DNA of 64,000 bases from Eledone cirrhosa (taxonomy: Eukaryota): NCBI GenBank assembly GCA_964016885.1, contig OZ024766.1, positions 11,656,001 through 11,720,000 of the forward strand. Reading direction: 5' to 3'. The position numbers and the translations under genes were made by a program. The notes under the pieces were generated by a model. The model worked only from the letters and a program-made list of their open reading frames with translations, had not been told where the DNA came from and did no database searches. This document shows, piece by piece, positions 11,050 to 23,589 of this stretch; within the stretch, counting starts at the first letter, position 1; each line of letters opens with the position of its first letter.

Positions 11050-11800
11050 TCATCATCACCATTTTATGTTCATTCTTCCACGCTAGCATGGGTTAGACGG
11101 GTTGTCCTGTTGTGGGCAATGCCAGGCTGGGTGACCAGGTCTTGCTCATACAGAACTGATTTTGGCTTGGTTTCCTCAGCTGGATGCCCTTCCTAATTTA
11201 CATTGTGTATTGGGGCTGCTTTTTATTGTCGTACCTACACTATCACTTTACAGAGTGTACCAGGTGTATTTTATCATGCCAACACTTTTAATACTTTACA
11301 GAGTGTACTGGGTGTATTTTATCATGACACCAACACTACTACTTAACAGAGTGTACTGGGTGTATTTTATTATGACACCAACACTACCACTTTACAGAGT
11401 GTACTGGGTGTATTTTATTATGACACCAACACTACCACTTTACAGAGTGTACTGGGTGTATTTTATCATGACACTAACACTACCTTTTACAGAGTGTACT
11501 GGGCGTATTATATCATGACACTGACACTACTACTTAACAGAGTGTACTGGGTGTATTTTATCATGACACCAACACTACCACTTTACAGAGTGTACTGGGT
11601 GTATTATATCATGACACCAACACTACCACTTTACAGAGTGTACTGGGTGTATTATATCATGACACCAACACTACCACTTTACAGAGTGTACTGGGTGTAT
11701 TTTATCCAGAACCTCTAATACTTTACCGAGTGTACTCGGTGAAGTTTATCATGCCAACCCCGCTAACGCTTTTCAGAGTGTACTGGGTGTATTTTATCAA
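11047..11800 (-). repeat. RTE-type 3' UTR/tail with a 48-bp minisatellite expansion
   Basis: (CAT)n tail and cagctggatgcccttcctaa, followed by a 48-bp unit (16-aa pseudo-repeat YRVYWVYFIMTPTLPL). Confidence 0.75.
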
Positions 11801-11976
11801 ATAACCTTGAGTAAGAAATAACTACCACAACTCTTTGTGTTGTCCACATCAATACAAATCAATAACAGCTCAATAGCAGTGATTGATTGACTCTTCAAAG
11901 AAAGCTAAGTATTATTGAAACCTTGACAATGGCAGTGTCCATCTATCTATCTGTCCATCTATCTATCTATCTATCT

Positions 11977-14529
11977 AGTAAGGTTCTAGCTGCAGATAGG
12001 AATAGGAAGGAAAGGGAGCTAATAGATAGAGTAGAAGAGGCAATTAGAAGCGGCGACGTGGCCAGAGTGCTAGCGTCGAGAACGGCTTTGAGCCAGTTTT
12101 TCGACGCGAAGCACGAAGGCTGCGTTGTCCGAAGTAAAATACGTGCTCTAGGGAACGAGGGGACCAAAGCTGTTAGCTGGGCCCGCGTGACAGAGGCCAA
12201 CAGTGGAACTAAATCCACCATCCGGTCTTTGCGAGACCTGGATGGACGGGCGATTCTTGAGCCTAAGCAGATGTGTGAGGCCTTTCAAAGGCACTTTGCC
12301 CGACTGTTCGGGAGGGGCGGGGAGCCGGTTGGGAACGTGGACTTCGGTCCATACCTCGACGGCCTGCCGCGCCTCTCGGACAGGGAGGCGAAGTCCTGCG
12401 AGGAGCCGATTTCGGCCGCTGAGATAGAGGACGTGCTGAGCCAATGCGGCAAACGCAAATCCCCGGGTCTCGATGGTCTTCCTTACGAATTATATCTAGC
12501 TATGCCGGACTTGTTCCCCGATCTCCTCGAGGCGGTCTACTGCAACTGGCAACAGAACGGGAGAATTCCCTGTACTGTGACCAAGGGCGTAGTCACGCTA
12601 GTGAGGAAGGACGAGAACAAGGGGGACGAAATAAGTAACTTCAGGCCCATAACACTGCTAAATACAGAGTTACAGATTTTGGCCAAGGTGCTAGCAAAGA
12701 GGTTGGCGCTTGTCGTGGGCAACCTGGTGGGAGATGCGCAGACATGCGCTATCCCGTCCAGGTCCATCCATGACAACCTCCACCTCATGCGATACATCAT
12801 AGAGAGGGTTGGGAACGAACCCGGCTTTGGTGGGGCTCTGATCAACTTGGATCAATCTAAGGCGTTCGATAGGGTCGACCATGGTTACCTGGATGCGGTG
12901 CTAGCGGCGGCAGGCTTCGGACCCGTTTTCAGGGGCTGGATCACTGCTATGCACAGCAGCCGCATCTGCTCTAGGGTCAAGGTGAACGGCTACCTTTCGG
13001 AGCCGTTCAAAATCGCGCGGTCCATCCGACAAGGGTGCCCTCTCTCCTCCCTTCTGTATGTCTTGACTCTCGAGCCACTACTGCGGAAGTTGGAGTTGTT
13101 GCAGGGCATCCCTTTGGAACCGGGATTGCGGAAAGCGGTGTCGGCCTACGCCGATGACGTGACAGTAATGGTGTCGACGGCCTCCGAAATCGAGGCGGTC
13201 GGCACCTTACTGGAGGAGTACGAAAGGTTTACAGGGGCTAAGCTGAACCGGGACAAGTCGATCGGTTTGCAACTCGGCACGTGGAGGGGCAGACCGATGC
13301 CCTCCGATAGCGTCGTCGGACGCTGGACGGAGGGCCCGGTGAAGTTGCTCGGGGTCTGGTTCGGACCGGACCTCCAGGTGGAGAAAAACTGGGCGGAGGT
13401 TACGAACAGGGTGTTTGCACTGACCCAGAAGTGGGCCAGTTGCAAACTATCCCTGAAAGGTCGGGCGGAGGTGGCGAACACCTACATAGCGTCCGTCATC
13501 TACTACCGCCTGACCGTAGTGCCCTGCCCAAGGGAAACCCTCACCAAGATGGAGCGCGCGCTCTTCCAATTCCTTTGGAAGAGGCGGGCTCCTATGGTGA
13601 GGAGATCCATCTGCTGTCAACACCCTTCGAAAGGAGGGCTGGGGATGCCGTGGCTAATGATGTGTAAACACGCATTAAGGCTACGGCACCTCTACGTATT
13701 CCTCACCGGACAACCGGTGTGGGCCTCGTTTGTGAGACGAACCTTTCCCAGACTCATCTCACTCACCAAGCTGCAATCCTGGGTCAAGCAAAGACCGAGA
13801 AAACTGGGCGCCTGGCACACTGAGTGTGCCCAGGCGCTCACCGCCCTCTGGCAGGCGGATCCGGTTATCAGTGGAGACTCCACCGCAACATTCTATAGAG
13901 GGCTGGTACGCAGCAGGTGCGACGACGCCCTCGGAGAAGCCCTAGACATGGAGGAGGACGAACTGGCCAGCCTGTTCGGTAGGACATTCAGCCCGGGACC
14001 TATGGACAACTTCCAGAAGTCCCTGGCCTGGCAGTGCTACCGAGGGGCTTTACCCGTTCGAGAAAGGCTCTACAGACACGGGCGCCCGGGTAGGGACCCC
14101 GCCAAAAAGATCTGTCCCAGATGCGTGTGCGACGAGGAAACCGTTGCACACGCATTAGTACACTGCTCGGGCGTAGCCGATCTGTGGGGCTATGTCGAAC
14201 AACTGCTGTCAAGGGTAGGACCGATCCGGTTGACCACCGAGTCTATTGTAATGATCAAGCCGCCTCCCCCCTTCAAAGATGAAGCAGAGGCGGTGTTTCT
14301 GTGCGTAATAGCCATGGCGAAAGAGGTTGTATGGTGGACGCGTCTGAAAGGACTGAGGTCGGGCACCTTTCTCTCTGGCCAACAACTGGTCCGTTTCTTC
14401 CGATATCATTTCGGAAGAAGGATCAGGATGGAGAGAGAGGTGCTGCACCCCAGCCGTTTCTATGAAAGATGGGTGAAAGTGGCGAGAATGGCCCGTGTGA
14501 ATGGGCCTTCACTCTACATCAGACTATAG
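11977..14529 (+). CDS. ORF2 reverse transcriptase with C-terminal CCHC zinc knuckle (endonuclease lost by 5' truncation)
   Basis: Motifs KSPGLDGL, NFRPITLLN, LDQSKAFDRV, RQGCPLS, AYADD, GGLG and CPRC..EETVAHALVHC. About 850 codons with no stop. The first ~30 aa of the track ORF come from flanking DNA. Confidence 0.9.
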   Translation, partial: SKVLAADRNRKERELIDRVEEAIRSGDVARVLASRTALSQFFDAKHEGCVVRSKIRALGNEGTKAVSWARVTEANSGTKSTIRSLRDLDGRAILEPKQMCEAFQRHFARLFGRGGEPVGNVDFGPYLDGLPRLSDREAKSCEEPISAAEIEDVLSQCGKRKSPGLDGLPYELYLAMPDLFPDLLEAVYCNWQQNGRIPCTVTKGVVTLVRKDENKGDEISNFRPITLLNTELQILAKVLAKRLALVVGNLVGDAQTCAIPSRSIHDNLHLMRYIIERVGNEPGFGGALINLDQSKAFDRVDHGYLDAVLAAAGFGPVFRGWITAMHSSRICSRVKVNGYLSEPFKIARSIRQGCPLSSLLYVLTLEPLLRKLELLQGIPLEPGLRKAVSAYADDVTVMVSTASEIEAVGTLLEEYERFTGAKLNRDKSIGLQLGTWRGRPMPSDSVVGRWTEGPVKLLGVWFGPDLQVEKNWAEVTNRVFALTQKWASCKLSLKGRAEVANTYIASVIYYRLTVVPCPRETLTKMERALFQFLWKRRAPMVRRSICCQHPSKGGLGMPWLMMCKHALRLRHLYVFLTGQPVWASFVRRTFPRLISLTKLQSWVKQRPRKLGAWHTECAQALTALWQADPVISGDSTATFYRGLVRSRCDDALGEALDMEEDELASLFGRTFSPGPMDNFQKSLAWQCYRGALPVRERLYRHGRPGRDPAKKICPRCVCDEETVAHALVHCSGVADLWGYVEQLLSRVGPIRLTTESIVMIKPPPPFKDEAEAVFLCVIAMAKEVVWWTRLKGLRSGTFLSGQQLVRFFRYHFGRRIRMEREVLHPSRFYERWVKVARMARVNGPSLYIRL

Positions 14530-14791
14530 GTGAGGAAGATGAAAGACCAAGGGAGCACCCCTTCTCTGTGCTCCTGAGGAGAAGGGTTGCACACTTTTTT
14601 CGGGGGTGTGTGCGACCCCCCAAGGCGCCTCCTCTCTATTGAGGATTTTGTTAAAAATTTTATTTTTTGTTATATCTTATTTTATTTTTATATTTTGTTA
14701 TTGCCTTCTCCTTATTGAGGACGCCTTTTTGTGTAAACTCCCCCCTTTGTACTTGTCCCACTTTTGATGCCCTAGTGGCAAATAAAAGAAA
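11977..14791 (+). mobile_element. 5'-truncated Tx1/L1-clade non-LTR retrotransposon inserted in (TATC)n
   Basis: GC-rich island with an RT ORF and a 3' UTR ending aataaaagaaa. (TATC)n on both flanks. Confidence 0.9.
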
Positions 14792-14878
14792 TATATCTAT
14801 CTGTCTATCTGTCTATCTCTCTCTCTATCTATCTATCTGTCTATCTCTCTCTCTGTTGTCTATCTGTCTATCTGTCTG

Positions 14879-14929
<51 letters not shown>

Positions 14930-14956
14930 GTCTATTTATCTATCTATCTATCTGTC

Positions 14957-15575
14957 TATCTGCGTGCGTAACGAAGAAACCGTCGCGCACGCATTCATAC
15001 ACTGCCCGGGCATGACCGACCTGTGGGGCTATGTAGAACGACTATTGTCGCGGGTGGGACCAATTCGGTTGACCACTGAGTCCATTGTCATGATCAAACC
15101 GCCACCCTCCTTCAAAAACGAAGGAGAGGCGGTTTTCCTTTGTGTGATAGCTATGGCGAAAGAGGTTGTATGCGAACGAGGTTAAAAGGGCTGAGGTCAG
15201 ACACCTTTCTCTCCGGCCAACAACTGATTCTTTTTTTCAAATACCACTTTGGAAGAAGAGTCAGGATGGAGAGAGAGGTGCTGTTCCCCAGCAAGTTTTA
15301 TGAAAGGTGGGTGAAAGTGGCGAGAATGGCCCGAGTGGTTGGGCCTTCTCTCTATATCAGCCTGTAGGTTGAGGAAAAAGAGGAAGAGAGGAAAGGGGTA
15401 CAAACTCTTTGTACTCCTGGAGTTGAGGGTTGCACATTATTTTTTTCGGGGGTATGTGTTACCCATATGAACTGTCTTCCCCCTATTGGGGAAAATCGAC
15501 TAACTTTTTAAATTGCATTTGTGATAACATTTTACACGTTTTTATTGTATGTAAACTTCCCCCTTTGTATTTGTA
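14957..15575 (+). pseudogene. Second, more truncated and diverged Tx1-like copy (zinc knuckle to 3' UTR, frameshifted)
   Basis: [15 protein letters not shown]...RLTTESIVMIKPPP matches the C-terminus of the upstream ORF. It starts within (TATC)n. Confidence 0.85.
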
Positions 15576-15640
15576 TTTACTCTGCCATGTATTGAGTACC
15601 TTACTTACTGTGGTTATCCCCGACTCAACCCGGGACCTAA

Positions 15641-15696
<56 letters not shown>

Positions 15697-15700
<4 letters not shown>

Positions 15701-15950
15701 ATTTAAAACTGAACTATCCACAAGTGTTTTTTAGCCTTCATATCATGTCCTCCTGTTTTATCTGATGAAAACACAAATATTATTGCATGATGATATTTGT
15801 TTTTGAAATGTGCATAATAAAATACATGGAACTCCTTTAACCATCTTTTGTTCTTATATATTATGTATACTCCAGTCCCACAAACTGTAGAGTGCTTCTT
15901 ATCCGATATCTGCATTGCTTTATTGTACTACAATAAAACTCACCTCCTAC

Positions 15951-15951
<1 letters not shown>
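15697..15951 (+). mobile_element. Intact ~255-bp unit of hammerhead element family B
   Basis: (TA)n-ttgatttaaaact...ctcacctcctaca-(TA)n. Colinear with the pieces at 9039-9310 and 38045-38430. Confidence 0.8.
15756..15822 (+). ncRNA. Type I hammerhead ribozyme, family B
   Basis: TTTTAT-CTGATGA...GAAA-TGTGCA-TA/ATAAAA (CpG-type transition in stem III). Confidence 0.75.
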
Positions 15952-15999
<48 letters not shown>

Positions 16000-16316
16000 C
16001 ACACACACACACATATACATATCCAGACCCACACACACACAGCACTCTCTCCTCTCAACAGAACTAGTCCTCAATTCATTAATATCCTCAATTCATTAAC
16101 AAACTCCTTCCCTTCACAACCACCTCCATTTTTCCAATATTTTTACGTCCAATTATATCTTTATTTCCTCTACAATAATTCCAGTTTTATCCAATGTTAT
16201 CCAAATATCAACACTTTCTTTTGTCTAATATTAAATGTTTTATAGCATTTTTTTTTTTATCCTCCATTCCCCTTTCTCTCTGTTTTTCACTCTCTTTCTA
16301 CCCCCTCTCTCTCTAC

Positions 16317-16366
<50 letters not shown>

Positions 16367-16387
16367 TTATATATATATATTTATATT

Positions 16388-16420
<33 letters not shown>

Positions 16421-16519
16421 ATATATATATTTATTTATATATATATATTTATATATATATATAATTATATATATATTTATATATATATATTTATATATAT
16501 ATATATATATTTATATATT

Positions 16520-16553
<34 letters not shown>

Positions 16554-16567
16554 TATATATATATATT

Positions 16568-16689
<122 letters not shown>

Positions 16690-16720
16690 TAATATAAATA
16701 TAAATATATAAATATATATA

Positions 16721-16778
<58 letters not shown>

Positions 16779-16886
16779 TGTATATCATCATCATCATATA
16801 TATGTAACAGACAGAGAGAGGGAGGGAGATTATTTTAAAATTCTTCCAATGAAAGTGGAAAGGAATTTCTTTAACTACAGAGATAT

Positions 16887-18460
16887 TGATGATGATGATG
16901 GTGGTGATGGTGGTGATGGTGATGGTGGTGATTGTGGTGGTCGTGGTCGTGGTAGTGGTTGTGGTGTTGATGGTGGTGATTGTGGTGGTGGTGGTGGTGG
17001 TGGTAGTGGTAGTGGTCATGATGGTGGTGGTGGTGATGGTGGTAGTGGTGGTGATGATCATGGTGGTGGTGGTGGTGGTGATTGTGGTGGTGGTGGTGGT
17101 GGTGGTGGTGGTAGTGGTAGTGGTGATGATGGTGGTGGTGGTGATTGTGGTGGTGGTGGTGGTGATGATGGTGATGGTAATGAGGGTGGTGGCGGTGGTG
17201 GTGGTAGTGAGGACGGTAAGGATGATGATGATGATGGTGAAGTGGTAATGGTTGTGATGGTGGTGATGATGGTGAAGTGGTAATGGTGGTGGTGGTGATG
17301 ATGGTGATGGTGGTGGTGGTGGTGGTGAAGTGGTAATGGTGGTGGTGGCAGTGGTGGTGGTGGTGGTGGTGAAGTGGTAATGGTGGTGGTGGTGGTGGTG
17401 GTGAAAATCAATATGTTTGTAATAGAAGCTAATGGTCTCTTAATTCTTTATAAGTTGTGGTGGTGGTGGTCATAGTGGTGGTTGTGGTGGTGGTGTTGTA
17501 GTGGTAATAGTTGTAGTGGTGGCGGTGGTGGTAGTTGTGGTGGTCATAGTGGTGGTAGTGGTAGTGGTGGTGTTGTAGTGGTAATAGTTGTGGTGGTGGT
17601 TATAGTGGTGGTGGTGGTGGTTGTAGTGTTGGTAGTTGTGGTGGTGGTGGTGGTCATAGTGGTGGTAGTGGTAGTGGTGGTGGTGGTTGTTGTGGTGGTG
17701 GTGTTGTAGTGGTAATAGTTGTGGTGGTAGTTGTGGTGGTCATAGTGGTGGTAGTGGTAGTGGTAGTGGTGGTGTTGTAGTGGTAATAGTTGTGGTGGTA
17801 GTGGTGGTGGTGGTGGTCATAGTGGTGGTAGTGGTGGTGGTGGTGGTCATAGTGGTGGTAGTGGTGGTGGTTGTTGTGGTGGTGGTGTTGTAGTGGTAAT
17901 AGTTGTGGTGGTGGTGGTGGTTGTAGTGATTTTTGTTGTGGTGGTGATGGTTGTAGTTGTAGTTGTGGCGGTGGTGGTGGTGGTTGTAGTGGTGGTTGTG
18001 GTGGTAGTGGTGGCAGTGGTGGTGGTGGTGGTTATGGTGGTGGTGGTGTGATGAGGGTGATGATGGTGGTGGTGATGATGGTGATAGTGGTGATGGTGGT
18101 TGTAGTAGTAGTAGTGGTGGCGGTGGTAGTGCTGGTTATGGTGGTGGTGGTGGTGTAGATGTTGTGGTGGTGGTGGTGATGGTGATAATGATGATGGTGG
18201 TGGTGGTGGTGATGGTGATAGTGATGGTGATAGTGATGATGGTGGTGATGGTGGTGGTGGTGATAGTGATGGTGGTGATGGTGATGGTGGTGATGGTGGT
18301 GATGGTGGTGATGGTGATGGTGGTGGTGGTGATAGTGATGATGGTGATTATGTTCAATGGTGATGATGATGATGTGTGTTGTGATGACAAGCAGCACCAC
18401 GTTGCAGCAGCAGCTGTTGTTGTTGTTTTTGTTGTTGTTGATGCTGATGATGATGATAAA
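16887..18460. repeat. (GGT/GAT/AGT)n trinucleotide low-complexity tract
   Basis: Direct inspection. Confidence 0.95.
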
Positions 18461-18832
18461 AATAGCACGAGGGGGGGCGTGGCAAAGCAAGGAAGTGAAA
18501 GTTGATGGGTGGGAGGGGGTCGGAGCATGAGATACAATTAGTCAACATCAGACTGTGTGTGGGATGGTGTGGTGTAGTGTAGGACTGTGGGGGTGGTGTA
18601 GTGTAGTGTAGGACTGTGGTTGGGGGGGGGGGGGGCGATATCATATTCTTCAATTGCACTCTTAGTAGTAAAATTGTTATGTTTTTTTTTAGCAAATTTT
18701 GGAAAAAAAAATTATTTTTTATTTAATTTTATTTAATTTTATTTTTATTATTTTTAATTTAATTTTAATTTTATTTAATTTATTTTATTTTTAATTTCTT
18801 TTAAATTTTATTTTATATTTTTCTTGCAATAT

Positions 18833-19662
18833 TTAACCCCTTCATTACCGTATATTTCTTATAAAGACACTATCTCTTCCCTATTTCTTATAAAAAACAC
18901 TGTCTGTTCCCCATTTCTTATAAAAACACTGTCTGTTCCCCATTTCTTATAAAGACACTGTCTGTTCCCTATTTCTTATAAAAGATACTGTCTGTTCCCT
19001 ATTTCTTATAAAAACACTGTCTGTCCCCTATTTCTTATAAAAACACTGTCTGTTCCCTATTTCTTATAAAAACACTGTCTGTCCCCTATTTCTTATAAAA
19101 ACACTGTCTGTTCCCTATTTCTTATAAAAACACTGTCTGTCCCCTATTTCTTATAAAAACACTGTCTGTTCCCTATTTCTTATAAAAACACTGTCTGTCC
19201 CCTATTTCTTATAAAAACACTGTCTGTCCCCTATTTCTTATAAAAACACTGTCTGTCCCCTATTTCTTATAAAAACACTGTCTGTTCCCTATTTCTTATA
19301 AAGACACTGTCTGTTCCCTATTTCTTATAAAAGACACTGTCTGTTCCCTATTTCTTATAAAAGACACTGTCTGTTCCCTATTTCTTATAAAAACACTGTC
19401 TGTCCCCTATTTCTTATAAAAGACCCTGTTTGTTCCCTATTTCTTATAAAAGACTCTGTCTATTCCCTATTTCTTATAAAAGACCCTGTCTGTTCCCTAT
19501 TTCTTATAAAAGACTGTCTATTCCCCATTTCTTATAAAAAAAACCCTGTCTGTCCCCTATTTCTTATAAAAGACCCTGTCTATCTCCTATCACTTTTAAA
19601 TAAATAGTTTTGTATCACAGAACTAGGGTGTTTGGAACATAACTTAATAAAGGTTCTTACAT
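18833..19662. repeat. MITE-like remnant (TTAACCCC start) with a ~31-bp tandem expansion
   Basis: Unit ctatttcttataaaaacactgtctgttcc. The right end is the reverse complement of part of the 104-bp unit at 3402. Confidence 0.75.
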
Positions 19663-19671
19663 TGACACAAT

Positions 19672-20745
19672 CACTTTGCAGTGTAGACTGGGTAGTTTTT
19701 TGTTTTTGTGTCATGACACCAACACGACCACCTTACAGAGTACACTGGGTGCTGTTTTTTGTCATGTCATTAACAGGTCTAGCTTAAAGGGTGCTTTTTA
19801 TTTTTGTCTTGTCACCAACACAACCACCTTAGAGGGTGAACTCGGTGTTGTTTTTTGTCATGTTACCAACACAACCACCTTGCAGAGTGGACTGGGTGTT
19901 GTTTTTTGTCATGTTACCAACACAACCACCTTACAGAGTGGACTGGGTGTTCTTTTTTGTCATGTTACCAACACAACCACCTTGCAGAGTGGACTGGGTG
20001 TTGTTTTTTGTCATGTTACCAACACAACCACCTTACAGAGTGGCCTGGGTGTTGTTTTTTGTCATGTTACCAACACAACCACCTTACAGAGTGGACTGGG
20101 TGTTGTTTTTTGTCATGTTACCAACACAACCACCTTACAGAGTGGACTGGGTGTTGTTTTTTGCCATGTTACCAACACAACCACCTTACAGAGTGGACTG
20201 GGTGTTCTTTTTTGTCATGTTACCAACACAACCACCTTGCAGAGTGGACTGGGTGTTGTTTTTTGTCATGTTACCAACACAACCACCTTACAGAGTGGCC
20301 TGGGTGTTGTTTTTTGTCATGTTACCAACACAACCACCTTACAGAGTGGCCTGGGTGTTGTTTTTTGTCATGTTACCAACACAACCACCTTACAGAGTGG
20401 ACTGGGTGTTGTTTTTTGTCATGTCACCAACACGACCACCTTACAGAGTGGACTGGGTGTTGTTTTTTGTCATGTCTCTAGCAGGACCACTTTACAGAGT
20501 GGACTGGGTGTCTTTTGTCATGTCTCTAGCAGGACCACTTTACAGAGTGGACTGGGTGTCTTTTGTCATGTCACCAACACAACCACCTTACAGGGTGGAC
20601 TGGGTGTCTTTTGAAAGTCACCAGCACAACCACCTTACAGGGTGGATTGGGTGTCTTTTGTCATGTCACCAACACAATCACCTTACAGGGTGGACTGGGT
20701 GTCTTGTCAAGTCACCAACAAGATCACATTACGGGGGTGGACAGG
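19672..20745. repeat. 51-bp minisatellite related to the RTE 3' UTR motif
   Basis: 17-aa pseudo-repeat FCHVTNTTTLQSGLGVV; unit accaccttacagagtggactgggtgttgttttttgtcatgttaccaacaca. Confidence 0.85.
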
Positions 20746-20904
20746 TGCCTCTTAAAATTATATTTGAAGTTTATTTTCCATCATCGTCCCTTTTTTTTAT
20801 GTCCCATTGACCCTTAACCCTTGACCCTTTAGCATTTACATTACTCTCATCATCATCATTTAACATCTCTCTTCCTCGCTATATATACTATTATATTTGT
20901 GTGG

Positions 20905-21605
20905 TACAGTCTAATGACTGAAACCAGTGGTGCTCCAGCATGGCCAGAGTCCAATGACTGAGACCAGTGGTGCCCTAGTATGGTCACACTCCAATGACTG
21001 TCGGTGCCCCAGTATGGCCACAGTCCAATGACTGTCGGTGCTCCAGCATGGCCGGCTGCTGGTGCCCCTGTATGGCCACACTCCAATGACTGCTGGTGCC
21101 CCAGTATGGCCGGCTGCTGGTGCCCCAGTATGGCGGGCTGCTGGTGCCCCAGTATGGCCACAGTCTAATGGCTGTCGGTGCTCCAGCATGGTCGGCGCTG
21201 CTGGTGCCCCAGTATGACCACACTCCAATGACTGTTGGTGCTCCAGCATGGTCGGCTGCTGGTGCTCCAGTATGGCCACAGTCCAATGGCTGGCGGTGCT
21301 CCAGCATGGCGGGCTGCTGGTGCCCCAGTATGGCCACAGTCCAATGGTTGGCGGTGCTCCAGCATGGCGGGCTGCTGGTGCTCCAGTATGGCCACAGTCC
21401 AATGGTTGGCGGTGCTCCAGCTTGGCGGGCTGCTGGTGCCCCAGTATGGCCACAGTCTAATGACTGTTGGTGCTCCAGCATGGCGGGCTGCTGGTGCCCC
21501 AGTATGGCCACAGTCCAATGGCTGGCGGTGCTCCAGCATGGCGGGCTGCTGGTGCCCCAGTATGGCCACAGTCCAATGGCTGGCGGTGCTCCAGCTTGGC
21601 CGCGG
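20905..21605. repeat. GC-rich ~58-bp higher-order minisatellite (23+35-bp subunits)
   Basis: ggtgccccagtatggccacagtccaatg / ggtgctccagcatggcgggctgct. gcgggctgct recurs at 21483 and 21541. Confidence 0.85.
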
Positions 21606-23210
21606 TCTAAAATAAATGATTGATAAAAAAAAAAAACCTCCTCAAAATAATCCCTCCTCCAGTAAAACGAAGGGAAAAGTAATTAAAGAATGAAAGAATA
21701 CAAGAATGATTTTGTCCCGTCTTAATAAACAACAGCCCCCTCTCTCTTCTCTACATCCAGCTCTGTGTTCCTTTAATACAATAAACGAAGAGACGATTAA
21801 CGGAATAAACGAAGATGGGAATGGGAATGGGGATATAATAGAAAACTAATAAAATGTGAAATAAACGAACACACACATACATATAGAGAATAGATTACGC
21901 CTCGGAGGAGAGAGAGAGATAGATATCGTAGCAGAGCAGATATAGGGAGGGGGGGGGATAGTGAGGAGGTGATTGAGAATGAGTATGGTGTAAATATGGA
22001 GGGGGGGGGGGGGGAGAGAGTGAATAGGAGATTGATAGGGAGTGGGAGAGAATGATTGCGAGGTTGATATGGAGGGAGAGTGAATAAGAGATTATTAGAG
22101 AGGGGAGGAAAAAGTGAGTATGCGATTGTTAGACACGGGGAGAGAGTGAGGAAGATATTGATAGTGAGGGCGAAAGAGTTAGAAACGAAGGAAGGGGGTC
22201 GTAAAAGAGGGAAGGAGATAGTGAACGAATAAGAGATATAGAGAGGGTGTGAGAGAGAGGGTAAGGAATAACAGGAAGGGGACGGTGAAGGGTTGGTGTA
22301 AGATAGGAAGAGAGAATGCATCAGAGTAAGAGAAAGAGAGATAGAAATTTTGAGGGAGTAAGAGAGAGAGATAGACAGTATAAGCGAGTTAGAGAGGAAG
22401 TAAAGCGTGGATGAGAGATAGAGAGAGGAATGGGGAGTGTAATCAAATGAAAGACAGTAACCGAGGAAGATAGGGTAAGTTTAGTAAGAGAGGGTGTGGA
22501 AGTTAGAGAGTGTAAGGATGTATGAGACGGTGAAGGAGGAAGACAGGGTAAGGGAGTAAAAGAAGGGGAGTAACTGAATAACAGAGAGAGGAAGGGGGAG
22601 TATATAAACTTCCTCCCTTCTCTCCTCCAATTTGCTTACTCTGTCTTTCTCTCTCTTACTAGTTTACCCTCTCTATTCGCTTCCTCCCTTTCCACACTTA
22701 TTTGCTTACCCTGTCTTTCTCTCTCTTATTTGCTTAGTCTGTCGTCCTCTCAATTACTAGCTTACCCTCTCTATTCGCTTCCTACTCTTTCACACTTATT
22801 TGCTTAGTCTGTCGTCCTCTCAATTACTAGCTTACCCTCTCTATTCGCTTCCTAATTTGCTTACTCTGTTTTCCTCCGAATAGAGAGAGTAAGCTAGTCA
22901 GAGAGCGGAAGACAGAGTAAGCAAATTACAGATGAGAAGGAAGGGAAGGAAGAGAGTAGAGCGAGTAAGCTAGTAAGAGAGGTAAAAACAGAGTAAACGA
23001 CTAAGAAAGAGCGAGCAAGTAAGAGAGAGTGGTGGGGGCAGGAAGCTAAATAAAAAAAATATAAATATATAGGCGGGGGAGTTTAATGGAACTGATGTGA
23101 CAGCCAGTTGTTGGCTGTTGCTGTGATTGTCTCCACTCCCCCAGTTGCTAAGATATCTTGGTTCAGGGTTGCTAACGCATAAAATACTTCCAACTACTTA
23201 ACAACAGTTG

Positions 23211-23245
<35 letters not shown>

Positions 23246-23492
23246 ATATATATATATATACACATATATATGTGTGTATATATATATACACATATATATG
23301 TGTGTATATATATACACACATATATGTGTGTGTGTGTGTGTATATATCTATATGTGTGTGTGTATATATATATATATGTGTGTATATATATGTGTGTATG
23401 TATATGTGTGTGTGTGTGTGTATATATATCTGTGTGTGTATATATAAATATATATCTATATATATGTGTGTGTATATATATATCTATATATA

Positions 23493-23533
<41 letters not shown>

Positions 23534-23589
23534 GTCTGTGTGTATATATATGAGTGTGTGTGTGTTAATATATATGTGTGCGTGTGTAT

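Noticed and set aside
11887-11976. N-terminus of the 880-aa ORF as a real start
   Set aside because: It is a TTG start in flanking DNA plus (TATC)n read-through. The element is 5'-truncated.
19676-20810. Repeat-protein ORFs (also 58435..59782 and 35400..36173)
   Set aside because: Open in several frames only because the minisatellite units have few or no stop codons. The units are TE 3' UTR sequence.
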